Below are positions 6,534-15,047 of a DNA stretch of 64,000 nt, in pieces (within the stretch, counting starts at the first letter, position 1; the number at the start of each line of letters is the position of its first letter). The DNA lies in the NCBI GenBank assembly GCA_043801745.1, contig JAZDLR010000022.1, positions 1,960 through 65,959 of the forward strand, read 5' to 3'. Source of the stretch: Candidatus Komeilibacteria bacterium (lineage in GTDB: Bacteria; Patescibacteriota; Patescibacteriia; UBA1558; 2-01-FULL-52-15). The notes beneath the pieces are model-generated. The model saw only the letters and a list, made by a program, of their open reading frames with translations. It made no database searches and had not been told where the DNA came from. Made by a program: the position numbers and the translations under genes.

Positions 6534-6857
6534 TTAGTGCGGAAAGCTAAACTCCCCGAGCAAAAACACGACAATAGTTATGAGGTAAATCAAAGCTAAA
6601 ATTTTCGCCACTGACCAGTCTTTATGTTTAATAACCGTATAGATGCCGAAAATTAATGACAGCGGACCGGATAAGGTAAAGATAATTGACAAAATATTAG
6701 CCAATACTTCTAGCCCGAAATTAGCTTCAATCACCTGCAGATTTCCCCTGATGGCCAAGGCAAAAATAAACTCGAAAATTAACGTGGCGGCCAGAGCCAG
6801 AGCGAACCAGATCGCCCACTGACCGGAACGGCTCTGGGGTTTAAAAGACAATTTCAT
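6534..6857 (-). CDS. Hypothetical membrane protein (3 TM)
   Basis: 107-aa hydrophobic ORF starting 6 nt after the CARDB gene stop. Confidence 0.7.
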   Translation of the reverse strand: MKLSFKPQSRSGQWAIWFALALAATLIFEFIFALAIRGNLQVIEANFGLEVLANILSIIFTLSGPLSLIFGIYTVIKHKDWSVAKILALIYLITIVVFLLGEFSFPH

Positions 6858-6863
6858 AGTTTA

Positions 6864-9311
6864 TTACAGCTTGGGATAAACGGTGAAACGTTTAGTAGTT
6901 CTCTGAAAACAACTATTAATAAAAGATACTGACAGATTGTAGGAGGAATTTTTGACATCATATTTGTGCGTGGAAGTAAAATTATTACCACTATCTAAGG
7001 CCGGATGAGTATCTACCTGCCCCCAGGCAACGATAATAGGATCAAAGTAACGCGGCCCGGTACAGCCCGGGTAAGTACCCCAATAATCCATATGGCCACT
7101 AACTGTATAGGTTGCTAGACCGTCATTAGTCTCCGTGACTGTAATACTAGGATAACGGTCACCGGTTGGAGTTGTGGGCTCGGGCGTAACTACCGGATTC
7201 ACCGGTGTCACAGGCGGTGTAACCGGAGGCGTAACAACCGGCTCTGGTTCGGGTACGATTATGGTCGGCGGAGTAACTACTGGTACATCTACTTGCGGGA
7301 TTACGGGAATAGTAATATCGGGTACAGGATTAAGCACACCACCCGGAACATCAACACTGGGATTATTGGATCCGGTGTTATTATCGAAAATATAAGACAC
7401 TGGTGGGTGTTCTTGGATAAACTTCACTCTACCGGGTATCGGAGATGCTAAAGAATTATTATTCTCATTGCTTTCCCTAATCTGTGACTGCGGCGCATCG
7501 CCCGTGCCGTCACCCACGTCAACCGTGGCCTTAAATTTGGTGGCATATTTATAGGAATCATTATTACCGCAGAAAACGTCTTTCTGCGTATAGCGCTTAT
7601 TGCGTCCCAGCGTGCCCATAGTTTCATAACATCCGCCCAAACGCTCACCGAAAATGTTATACCAATCATAAGCCACCCGACTGTTTCTACTCGTGCCTTC
7701 CGTACCTTTATTAATAATAGTTACTTCCGGATGCAGATCGCTGCCGCGGAAATTCATGCCTTCAATTTTCAGATCCGGCGCCGGTAGGTCAATCGTTTTC
7801 GAATTATTACTTTCATTAGATTCGTGAACCAAATTTGAAGCCAGAGGTTCATTGGGATCCTCTGACATATCTAAAGTAACGCGCAGTTTGACTGCTTGTT
7901 CAGCAAATTCTGCCGGACAGGCACGGGCCACGGCTGTAGATGTACGACCCACCCCAAGAGATGCGACTCCAGCTCCGGAACCACAAGTATTGATCACACG
8001 ATTGTTGCTGTCCAGCCATTCAGAAACCAAGTTAAACCTCGGCGCTGTATCAGCTCTACCAGAGTTAATGAAATTAACATTACCAATGCGTTCGCCTCGT
8101 TCATTACGGGCCAGAGAAATTGACGTTATCCGCAAATCTGACAAAGGAATGGTCACTGTCTTAGAATTATTACTTTCATTAGACTCGTGAACTAGATTTG
8201 AAGCCAAAGGTTCATTGGGATCCTCTGACATATCTAAAGTAACGCGCAGTTTAACTGCTTGTTCGGCAAATTCAGGCGGACAGGCACGGGCCACGGCTGT
8301 AGATGTACGAGCTACGCCCAGCGGCTCCACACCAGCGCCAGAACCGCAAGTATTGATCACCCGGCCGTTACTTTCTAGCCATTCTGAAACCAAATTAAAT
8401 CTTGGTGAGGTAGAAAATCTGCCGGCATTAATGAAATTAACATTACCAATGCGTTCGCCTCGTTCATTTCGGGCCAGAACAATTGACGTTATCCGCAAAT
8501 CCGGCAAGGGAATACTGACTGTTTTCGAATTATTACTTTCATTGGACTCATGAACCAGATTTGAAGACTCCGGTTCATCCGGGTTCTCAGACCTGTCCAC
8601 AATCACCCGTAACTTAACAGCTTGTTCAGCGAATTCAGCCGGACAGGCACGGGCTACAGCAGTTGAAATCTCACCAAAACCCAAAGATTCTACTGCCGCG
8701 CCAGAACCGCAAGTATTGATCACCCGGCCGTTACTATCTAGCCATTCTGAAACCAGGTTAAAAAATGAAGGCGTAGAACCACGACCGGTGTTTACTATAA
8801 TTACATTACCAATGCGTTCACCCTGACTATTGCGAGCTAAAGTAAGTGAAGATATTTTCAAATCCGGCAAAGGAATGGTCACTGTCTTGGAATTATTACT
8901 TTCATTGGACTCGTGAACCAGATTAGTAGCCAAAGGATCATCGCTCTCATCTTTATCTATCGTCACGCGCAGTTTAACTGCCCGTTCAGCAAATTCAGGC
9001 GGACAGGCCCGAGCCACAGCTGTAGTTACCCTGGCAATACCCAAGGGTTCAACCGCGGCCCCAGAATCACAAGTATTGATCACCTGGCCGTTACTATCTA
9101 ACCACTCCGACATTAAATTAAACCTCGGACCAGTGGCGGCTCGACCGGCATTAATGATTACGACATTACCGATGCGTTCAGCTTGTGAGTTACGGGCAAT
9201 AGTAATGCTAAGAACCTGCAAATCTGGCAAATTTTCTGCTGCCGCCGGCGTCAGATTAGGCACTAATAAAAAAAATACCCAGAGCAGCGCGATTAGAAGT
9301 TTATATTTCAT
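6864..9311 (-). CDS. Secreted CARDB (Ig-like) repeat surface protein with Pro-rich linker
   Basis: Signal peptide; four ~121-aa repeats (LPDL...ESNESNN, the CARDB signature) each with two Cys; a fifth divergent CARDB; Pro/Val/Thr linker; C-terminal beta-rich domain. Confidence 0.85.
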   Translation of the reverse strand: MKYKLLIALLWVFFLLVPNLTPAAAENLPDLQVLSITIARNSQAERIGNVVIINAGRAATGPRFNLMSEWLDSNGQVINTCDSGAAVEPLGIARVTTAVARACPPEFAERAVKLRVTIDKDESDDPLATNLVHESNESNNSKTVTIPLPDLKISSLTLARNSQGERIGNVIIVNTGRGSTPSFFNLVSEWLDSNGRVINTCGSGAAVESLGFGEISTAVARACPAEFAEQAVKLRVIVDRSENPDEPESSNLVHESNESNNSKTVSIPLPDLRITSIVLARNERGERIGNVNFINAGRFSTSPRFNLVSEWLESNGRVINTCGSGAGVEPLGVARTSTAVARACPPEFAEQAVKLRVTLDMSEDPNEPLASNLVHESNESNNSKTVTIPLSDLRITSISLARNERGERIGNVNFINSGRADTAPRFNLVSEWLDSNNRVINTCGSGAGVASLGVGRTSTAVARACPAEFAEQAVKLRVTLDMSEDPNEPLASNLVHESNESNNSKTIDLPAPDLKIEGMNFRGSDLHPEVTIINKGTEGTSRNSRVAYDWYNIFGERLGGCYETMGTLGRNKRYTQKDVFCGNNDSYKYATKFKATVDVGDGTGDAPQSQIRESNENNNSLASPIPGRVKFIQEHPPVSYIFDNNTGSNNPSVDVPGGVLNPVPDITIPVIPQVDVPVVTPPTIIVPEPEPVVTPPVTPPVTPVNPVVTPEPTTPTGDRYPSITVTETNDGLATYTVSGHMDYWGTYPGCTGPRYFDPIIVAWGQVDTHPALDSGNNFTSTHKYDVKNSSYNLSVSFINSCFQRTTKRFTVYPKL
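7785..9230. repeat. Four intragenic tandem repeats of ~363 bp
   Basis: For example the block starting at 7852 recurs at 8215 (offset 363). Confidence 0.9.
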
Positions 9312-9353
9312 GCAAATATGGTTAATTAATTACGCGATAATTATAGCATAATT

Positions 9354-9386
9354 AAAACTATCCGAAATGTCCGGATAGTTGTTTTT
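9354..9386. terminator. Probable bidirectional terminator
   Basis: AACTATCCG-aaatgtc-CGGATAGTT with A/T runs on both sides. Confidence 0.55.
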
Positions 9387-9411
9387 GAACAGCAGTGTCC
9401 TCCCGTGCCGG

Positions 9412-9666
9412 TTATTTAACCAACTTGTTATAAACCCAGGCAAAAAAACCAAAATGGCAGAAACCTTCAATGAAGCCCCAGATCACAGCCATAATCACTC
9501 CAAACCAACTCACCGAATAGCCATAGGCACTATAAAATTGCGCCAGCAAATCCGCAAAGGGCCTAAGACCGGGAATCCCAATTAGGGCAGCGATTGTCAC
9601 TAAGCCAAAGCACAGGGCACCATAAATGCCCGCGGCTAAGGCGAATTTGAGAGTATTAAGTTTCAT
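9412..9666 (-). CDS. Small 2-TM membrane protein, putative holin-like family
   Basis: MKLN..KFALAAG...YGYSVSW.G....IWGFIEG...AWVYN pattern recalled from a family annotated as bacteriophage holin; no phage genes nearby. Confidence 0.55.
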   Translation of the reverse strand: MKLNTLKFALAAGIYGALCFGLVTIAALIGIPGLRPFADLLAQFYSAYGYSVSWFGVIMAVIWGFIEGFCHFGFFAWVYNKLVK

Positions 9667-9725
9667 ATCTTATGTTAGCTATTTAGATGCTAATTATAGC
9701 TTATTTTAGCGTTTATAGTTACCTC

Positions 9726-9754
9726 TTGACAAGGACATCAATATATGCTATTAT
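9726..9754 (+). promoter_or_regulatory. Strong sigma70 promoter of GC-rich cassette 2
   Basis: TTGACA-17 nt-TATTAT with TG extension; boxA-like GTCCTTTGAAA shortly downstream. Confidence 0.7.
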
Positions 9755-9833
9755 GATTTAATACTTAAGTCCTTTGAAATTCGGCTAATCACAGCCTTTT
9801 CAATGTTCACCATCCTACCCTACGGAGGAGTCA

Positions 9834-10766
9834 ATGAACTACGTGGAATTTGTTCGGACCAACAACGGTTTTGCCCAGGCCAAGTTGCAGAAGGCCGCTC
9901 TCGACATCGCCCAGCTGCTTGACAACAACGAGCTGCTGCCGGTGAATGGAAAGGACGGCTATACGCGCGAACGCCAGGCAAAGCTGCGCAGTCAGGTCTT
10001 CGATGACTTTTGCGTCGTCTGCTTCCGGGTCGGTGTGGCTGTCCCCGACCTCGAGCCCGCTCTCTACGAGGGCATGATCGAGGCACCCAAGAAGGAGCAG
10101 CTGGAGAAATTCACTGCTCTGAAGCGCCAAGTGTTCCAGCGCTTGCGCGGCCAGAACAGCCGCCAGGCCAAGGAAGCGCGCGCTCTGGTGCGCGCCATGT
10201 GCGTGTTGGCTAACTACCTGGAGGACAACTCCTTCAGCGGCGCCAAGCTGGACAACATGCTCGGCGTGCTGAACCAGCGCATCGTTGGACTCGGTCTGAA
10301 ACCGGTCCGCGACGACTACACCACCCGCGAGGTGCGCGTAAGGTTGGACGGGTCTGATCCCGGCAAGCCGACAACCGTCGTGGTTGTTGACGACTCCAGT
10401 GAGGAGCTCATCAAGACCGCACTGGCTCTGGCTGGCTGGCCCAACCTGCAGGTGGTTCTGTACCGGCAGCGACTTGAGGGCGAAGCCTACGGCCTCCGGG
10501 GTGAAAGAAAGACACAGGAGTTGAACCGGGCGGCGCAGGAGATCATGGCTTTTAACCCGGCAGTGATCCTAATGGACATGGGTCTTGCTGGTTTCGAGGG
10601 TACTGAGCTGGTTCGCCAGCTGCAGAGCCTGAGCAACAACATCCAGTACATTGCCAACACCGGCGGAACTCCTGATGAGCTTTACTCGGTCGGAGCGCTG
10701 GAGAACTGCGAAAAGGGACGAAACATGGCCGGCATGCGCCAGGCCATGAGAAATCTGGCTGCCTAA
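9834..10766 (+). CDS. Protein with unknown helical N-terminus and C-terminal response-regulator receiver domain
   Basis: VVVVDDS...ILMDMGLAGFEG.EL...IANTG...EKG receiver motifs; GGAGGAG SD; GC-rich codons. Confidence 0.75.
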   Translation: MNYVEFVRTNNGFAQAKLQKAALDIAQLLDNNELLPVNGKDGYTRERQAKLRSQVFDDFCVVCFRVGVAVPDLEPALYEGMIEAPKKEQLEKFTALKRQVFQRLRGQNSRQAKEARALVRAMCVLANYLEDNSFSGAKLDNMLGVLNQRIVGLGLKPVRDDYTTREVRVRLDGSDPGKPTTVVVVDDSSEELIKTALALAGWPNLQVVLYRQRLEGEAYGLRGERKTQELNRAAQEIMAFNPAVILMDMGLAGFEGTELVRQLQSLSNNIQYIANTGGTPDELYSVGALENCEKGRNMAGMRQAMRNLAA

Positions 10767-10805
10767 CCAAGGCCAGCCTCGGACTTTAGCGGAAAGGAGC
10801 TACAC

Positions 10806-11129
10806 ATGTTCTTGCTGTACGTAGTCCTCATTCTGGCGGGCTGGGGACTGGCTGGCGTGGCCGCCAACTACCTCCACGACTTTCTGCTCGGCAAAGGTAA
10901 GCCGGCAGGTTACGGCTGCTGTGAGGACTGGGACAAGGCTTGGGCTCAGTACCAGCACGACCGCGATCAGCGCGAAATTGCGCTGGTTGCACTGGGTCCG
11001 TTCGGCATTCTGCTCATTCTGGCGATCTGGCTGTTCTTCCAGATGATCAAGATCGCCTTCCAGGCCGTCTGCGCCGCCGTCGTTTTTCTGCGGCGCGTGT
11101 TCATCAAGCCGAGCCTGATGGCGCTCTAA
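10806..11129 (+). CDS. Hypothetical membrane protein (2 TM)
   Basis: AAGGAG SD, two hydrophobic segments, same GC-rich codon style as the upstream gene. Confidence 0.7.
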   Translation: MFLLYVVLILAGWGLAGVAANYLHDFLLGKGKPAGYGCCEDWDKAWAQYQHDRDQREIALVALGPFGILLILAIWLFFQMIKIAFQAVCAAVVFLRRVFIKPSLMAL

Positions 11130-11147
11130 CACTGAGTGTCAACAACA

Positions 11148-11200
11148 GAACCCGCACTAGTATCATCCATCGGATGAGAACGTGCGGGTTCTTCTTTTTT
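11148..11200 (+). terminator. Terminator hairpin with internal loop E/sarcin-ricin motif, copy 2
   Basis: GAACCCGCAC-TAGTA-TCATCC-atc-GGATGA-GAAC-GTGCGGGTTC plus T-rich tail; compensatory G-C to A-T change relative to copy 1. Confidence 0.8.
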
Positions 11201-11217
11201 ACAAAAAAATATTACCC

Positions 11218-11892
11218 TTATGAACCGTAGCGCTGCAGCAGCTCTTCGCGGCTAATCGAGGCCAGAGCAGTATCACGCAGATCAATATCGTGGCTCTCAC
11301 CCTTTTCCTCGTCAGTTAACTGCCGCACAGTAAAACCCAGACGTTCCAGTAATGAACCACGACTGGCCACAATCCAGGAAATGCCAACTATATACTTGAT
11401 ATCCGGACTATTCTTAACAATAACAGCCAACTCCTTTAATCCTGACTTGATTAGATTGACCTTTTCTACTGCCGGCGTGGTCTCATTCGGCGCCACGTGT
11501 AAATATATAGTATCTCCATCAATACCGTAAGCGAGCAGCTGGTTAATGACCATAAAATCCTCGCGCTGCTGGAATTCTCTGCGCGCCACAACATCCCACC
11601 GTTTAGGATAATTTTTCTTTACAATCAGCAGAGGCTCTAGTATTTTAAAAACTGCGGCCACAAAATCATCTTTATTCTCTAAGCTCGCGCAAGTGGCAAA
11701 TTCAGCGGCCAGTTCCTCGGGCGAAATAATTAAAAGTTCGGCAAATCCTGTGAGCCGCTTTTGAATTTCCTTGATTGCTCCGGCCGCGCCTCCTTCTGAG
11801 TCATAACTGTCAGCAATTGATAATTTAACTCTTTGGGCCAGTTCTGCGTCATAGACCGGAGATTCTACTGGTTGTTCGGGCATTGATTCCAT
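11218..11892 (-). CDS. Hypothetical protein (possible degenerate GNAT-like C-terminus)
   Basis: 224-aa ORF; ...SWIV...LLERLGF ending is weakly GNAT-like. Confidence 0.65.
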   Translation of the reverse strand: MESMPEQPVESPVYDAELAQRVKLSIADSYDSEGGAAGAIKEIQKRLTGFAELLIISPEELAAEFATCASLENKDDFVAAVFKILEPLLIVKKNYPKRWDVVARREFQQREDFMVINQLLAYGIDGDTIYLHVAPNETTPAVEKVNLIKSGLKELAVIVKNSPDIKYIVGISWIVASRGSLLERLGFTVRQLTDEEKGESHDIDLRDTALASISREELLQRYGS

Positions 11893-11909
11893 AATAGCTA
11901 TTAAATAAC

Positions 11910-12467
11910 TTATTGAAGAAAAAATAGTTCCTTAATTTTATCAGCCTGAATCTTATCGTGACCGGCCAGTAATTTAGTATAGGCTACTTTAGCTGCTTGC
12001 TGTACCTCGGCAGACTGTATAACTTCAGGTGGAAAACTATATTTTTCCAAAATATCCTGCACCGTGTAGACGTCTTTGATATAATTTAAGGCTGATATTA
12101 AAGCCTCCAGAACAGCTTGCTGCAATTCACTGGCACTAAGCGGAAAGTCCTGTAACATTTCGTCATTAATATGATCATAACCATTAGACAAATTATAGAC
12201 AAATTGCTCGATTATAGCCTGACGGACTTCTTGGCTTTGCATAACCTCCGGCAATAGTTTACTTTTCAACCTAGCGGCTAAATCCGCTTTTCCGGCTTTA
12301 AGTTGGCTGAGTAATTCCTCCTTATAGCCTTTCTGCTCCTCAGTTAAACTGTCAGCGTCAAGTTGCTGTTCTGCACTGTCATAATCCAAGGCTTCTCCAG
12401 TTTCAACTTTCTGACTCAAAGTACTAGCTTCGTCTTGAGCTTTTTCCCAGGTATATTTTTCTATCAT
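11910..12467 (-). CDS. Hypothetical acidic helical-repeat protein
   Basis: 185-aa ORF with a recurring PEV.QS.EV.QA motif. Confidence 0.65.
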   Translation of the reverse strand: MIEKYTWEKAQDEASTLSQKVETGEALDYDSAEQQLDADSLTEEQKGYKEELLSQLKAGKADLAARLKSKLLPEVMQSQEVRQAIIEQFVYNLSNGYDHINDEMLQDFPLSASELQQAVLEALISALNYIKDVYTVQDILEKYSFPPEVIQSAEVQQAAKVAYTKLLAGHDKIQADKIKELFFLQ

Positions 12468-12478
12468 TGGTCTAGCTG

Positions 12479-13105
12479 TTAGTTATTGACGTCCACAATT
12501 TCCATAGCATCATCTTTGATGTGGACATATTGATTATTCGTGAGTAGAAGTAATGGTACTTGGTTATCACGATAGACGATCTTCAATCGTTCATTCAAAT
12601 ACCTATCTTTAAAATTTTCAGAACCCCAATGAGGCAGAATAGTAAAATTCACAAAGTTATAACAGATTTGGTTTTCCAAATCAGCCGCTTCACTGGCAAA
12701 GTAATCCGGCAATTTCGGACCAGCGATTATCGAGCCAGCACTTGTTCCGATGTAGATTTTTCCTTTGTTGCGTATTAGATCCTTAATTACCGCTAAAAAT
12801 CCTGATTTTTGTGACTGCTCTAACAAATAGACAGTGTCTCCGCCACACATATAAATATAGGCAAATCCTTGGAGATCGTCGGCTAACTGTTTTTCCGCTT
12901 TCCCGGTAATAGTATAGTCAGTCACCTCGAATCCAGCTGTCACCAGCGCCTGCCGATCATTCTTAAGCCAGGTCATATCGCTCCGCTCCCATTTGGGCTC
13001 TGCGGCTGTATCAATAAAAACCAACTTATTTGACACGGGAAGATCAACTCTCTTGGCAATATCGTGGGCTACCGCATGAATTGACGAGGTAAGAAATAGT
13101 TCCAT
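12479..13105 (-). CDS. Peptidase E family (S51) protein
   Basis: FIDTAA, IYMCGGDT, YIGTSAGS (nucleophile elbow) and ILPH. Confidence 0.85.
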   Translation of the reverse strand: MELFLTSSIHAVAHDIAKRVDLPVSNKLVFIDTAAEPKWERSDMTWLKNDRQALVTAGFEVTDYTITGKAEKQLADDLQGFAYIYMCGGDTVYLLEQSQKSGFLAVIKDLIRNKGKIYIGTSAGSIIAGPKLPDYFASEAADLENQICYNFVNFTILPHWGSENFKDRYLNERLKIVYRDNQVPLLLLTNNQYVHIKDDAMEIVDVNN

Positions 13106-13299
13106 ATTAGTAGCAGGTTAATTTAGGCATTAATAATTTCCTCCAGACTTTCTCGCATCATCGCCGGATGGTCGTTTTTATTTTCACTCGTCAGGTACAG
13201 GACATGAACAAATCGCCTACTATTCAGGGCAAGCTTATACTAAGTACTTTAGCACGGGCTTGCCATGAACCGGAGCGAACGCAGTGAGCGACTGGTTCA

Positions 13300-13373
13300 T
13301 GGCTCGGGGACATGGATTCGAACCATGATTGACGGCTCCAAAGGCCGCTGTCCTACCATTAGACGATCCCCGA
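13300..13373 (-). tRNA. tRNA-Gln (anticodon TTG), CCA encoded
   Basis: Reverse complement TCGGGGATCGTCTAATGGTAGGACAGCGGCCTTTGGAGCCGTCAATCATGGTTCGAATCCATGTCCCCGAGCCA folds as a cloverleaf with a GTTCGAATC T-loop. Confidence 0.96.
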
Positions 13374-13526
13374 ATAGAATTCTAGAGATCAGCCGCGCCG
13401 AATCCGCCGGCTGGCGGAGTAGGCGGGCGATCCCCGAATAATTTATGACGTAGCAACTATAATATTTTATTAGCTAATTGTCAAAAATAGACGCCGCACC
13501 AGTCTTATGCTTTAATTATACTAATT

Positions 13527-14414
13527 ATGACTGAAGCTACCTTAGAGTACCGCGTTGGTCACCGGGAAAAGCCCGGCGATACTGCTATCCGTTTAATTAA
13601 ACAATTTGCCACCCAAACCAATGACCGTTTAGGTGGCAACATGCTTGATTGGGAAGGGCGTTTACGTTTGGATCAATTTACCTCAGGTGACGACTACGAT
13701 CCGGATGAAGTAATCCATGATATGGATCATTGCCGCCGCAAAGAACTACTACATACCGGACTGGATGTAGCCAGCGTCCGCGAATTTAAAATCAAACAGC
13801 AGGGCATTAATACTGCCGGATTGACTGAATCACAACTGACTGAACAGCTATTGGAAAAAGAACAACTTAACCGCTACAAACACCAAGGCAGTCAGGCAGA
13901 AGTCGTTATTCCTTTGATTATGCAGCGGGCTTTGGGTGACCGTTTTGTGATTGTCCGCACCAGTACTTACGACGATTATGAAGCCGGCGTGGATCATCTG
14001 ATTATTGACCGTGAATCCGGTCAGGTGATTTGCGGCATTGATGAAGTTCTCAGTGAGGCCGCGACAGGAAAGGAAAAATTTAAAATTGAACGGGCGGAAA
14101 AGAAAGCTCAACGTGGTGGCACAACGATTAGATATGGATTGACCTTTGACAACGGGCAATTAGTCAAGAAAGAGCTGGATCATTTACTGACCATGATTTT
14201 ACCTATTAGCACCACCGACTTAGCAGCCTCACTGCAGGAATTAGGCCAGAACGTTCCGGCCGCTGCTTGCCGGCGGATCTATGATTCGCTGCGTACAGCC
14301 TTATCAGAACAACTACAACATCTGGGCACATTAAATTTATCACCAGCTATGAATCAGAAAGTCACCGAGTTCAAAACTTTGCTCAAACAATTTCCTTCAG
14401 CTACAGCTACCTAA
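13527..14414 (+). CDS. Hypothetical protein (weak PD-(D/E)XK-like signature)
   Basis: 295-aa ORF; E...DDYEAGVDHLII...CGIDE spacing is reminiscent of restriction-fold proteins. Confidence 0.65.
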   Translation: MTEATLEYRVGHREKPGDTAIRLIKQFATQTNDRLGGNMLDWEGRLRLDQFTSGDDYDPDEVIHDMDHCRRKELLHTGLDVASVREFKIKQQGINTAGLTESQLTEQLLEKEQLNRYKHQGSQAEVVIPLIMQRALGDRFVIVRTSTYDDYEAGVDHLIIDRESGQVICGIDEVLSEAATGKEKFKIERAEKKAQRGGTTIRYGLTFDNGQLVKKELDHLLTMILPISTTDLAASLQELGQNVPAAACRRIYDSLRTALSEQLQHLGTLNLSPAMNQKVTEFKTLLKQFPSATAT

Positions 14415-14421
14415 AGATCAG

Positions 14422-15003
14422 ATGCTGCCTCTCAATTCTCAGCACTATCAACTGATCAAAGACTTAACCTGGGACGAGGTTTTTGAAATTTGGCGTGAAA
14501 ACGAGGAAACCAATCCGGCCTGGATCAATCACTGGCAAAGCAAGGGTTTTAAGTCCTGGCAGCAGTGGCGCCAGACCATGGCTGAACCCTGGGAATGTAG
14601 TCAGCGCCAGTGGTATCTTTATAAAGTCAATAATCCCCTAGTAGTCGCTCCCCAGTGGCGCGGCGGACCGTTCCGTACCTGGCGTAAATTTTTCTACCGT
14701 AATCAAAACTTTGCCACCTTTCACGACATTATTACCGGACCTCATATTGACCAACATCCGGGCTACCAAAAAATGTTAAGTTTATTTGACAATTTTCCCG
14801 GCAACACCACCATGACAGCTTTGCTGACCAATCAGGGCCCGGTTATTATTGAAGGCATGCACCGAGGCTGCGCTCTGGCTCTGGCTGCACTCAATAATAA
14901 AAAACTTAATACCAAAATATATTTGACCATAGCTTCGGCCCAGGGTGAAGAATTAGCTTTGTCCGGTCAAAAACCTGAAGACAGCGGAATTACACTAAAA
15001 TAA
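14422..15003 (+). CDS. Hypothetical protein with ParB/Srx-like GxHR motif
   Basis: GPVIIEGMHRGCALAL resembles the IIDGxHR motif; Trp-rich N-terminus. Confidence 0.6.
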   Translation: MLPLNSQHYQLIKDLTWDEVFEIWRENEETNPAWINHWQSKGFKSWQQWRQTMAEPWECSQRQWYLYKVNNPLVVAPQWRGGPFRTWRKFFYRNQNFATFHDIITGPHIDQHPGYQKMLSLFDNFPGNTTMTALLTNQGPVIIEGMHRGCALALAALNNKKLNTKIYLTIASAQGEELALSGQKPEDSGITLK

Positions 15004-15047
15004 GGCCGCGCTGGCCCTTATAACCTAATTCAACAAGGCCTAACAGC

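Noticed and set aside
7785-9230. Diversity-generating retroelement TR/VR pair
   Set aside because: Repeats are in-frame domains, the differences I checked are not adenine-specific, and there is no reverse transcriptase in the window.
9412-9666. Prophage suggested by the holin-like gene
   Set aside because: No endolysin, structural or integrase genes nearby.
10760-10805. Integron attC site (GCCTAAC at a stop codon)
   Set aside because: No matching GTTRRRY end or attC-like hairpin, and no integron integrase.
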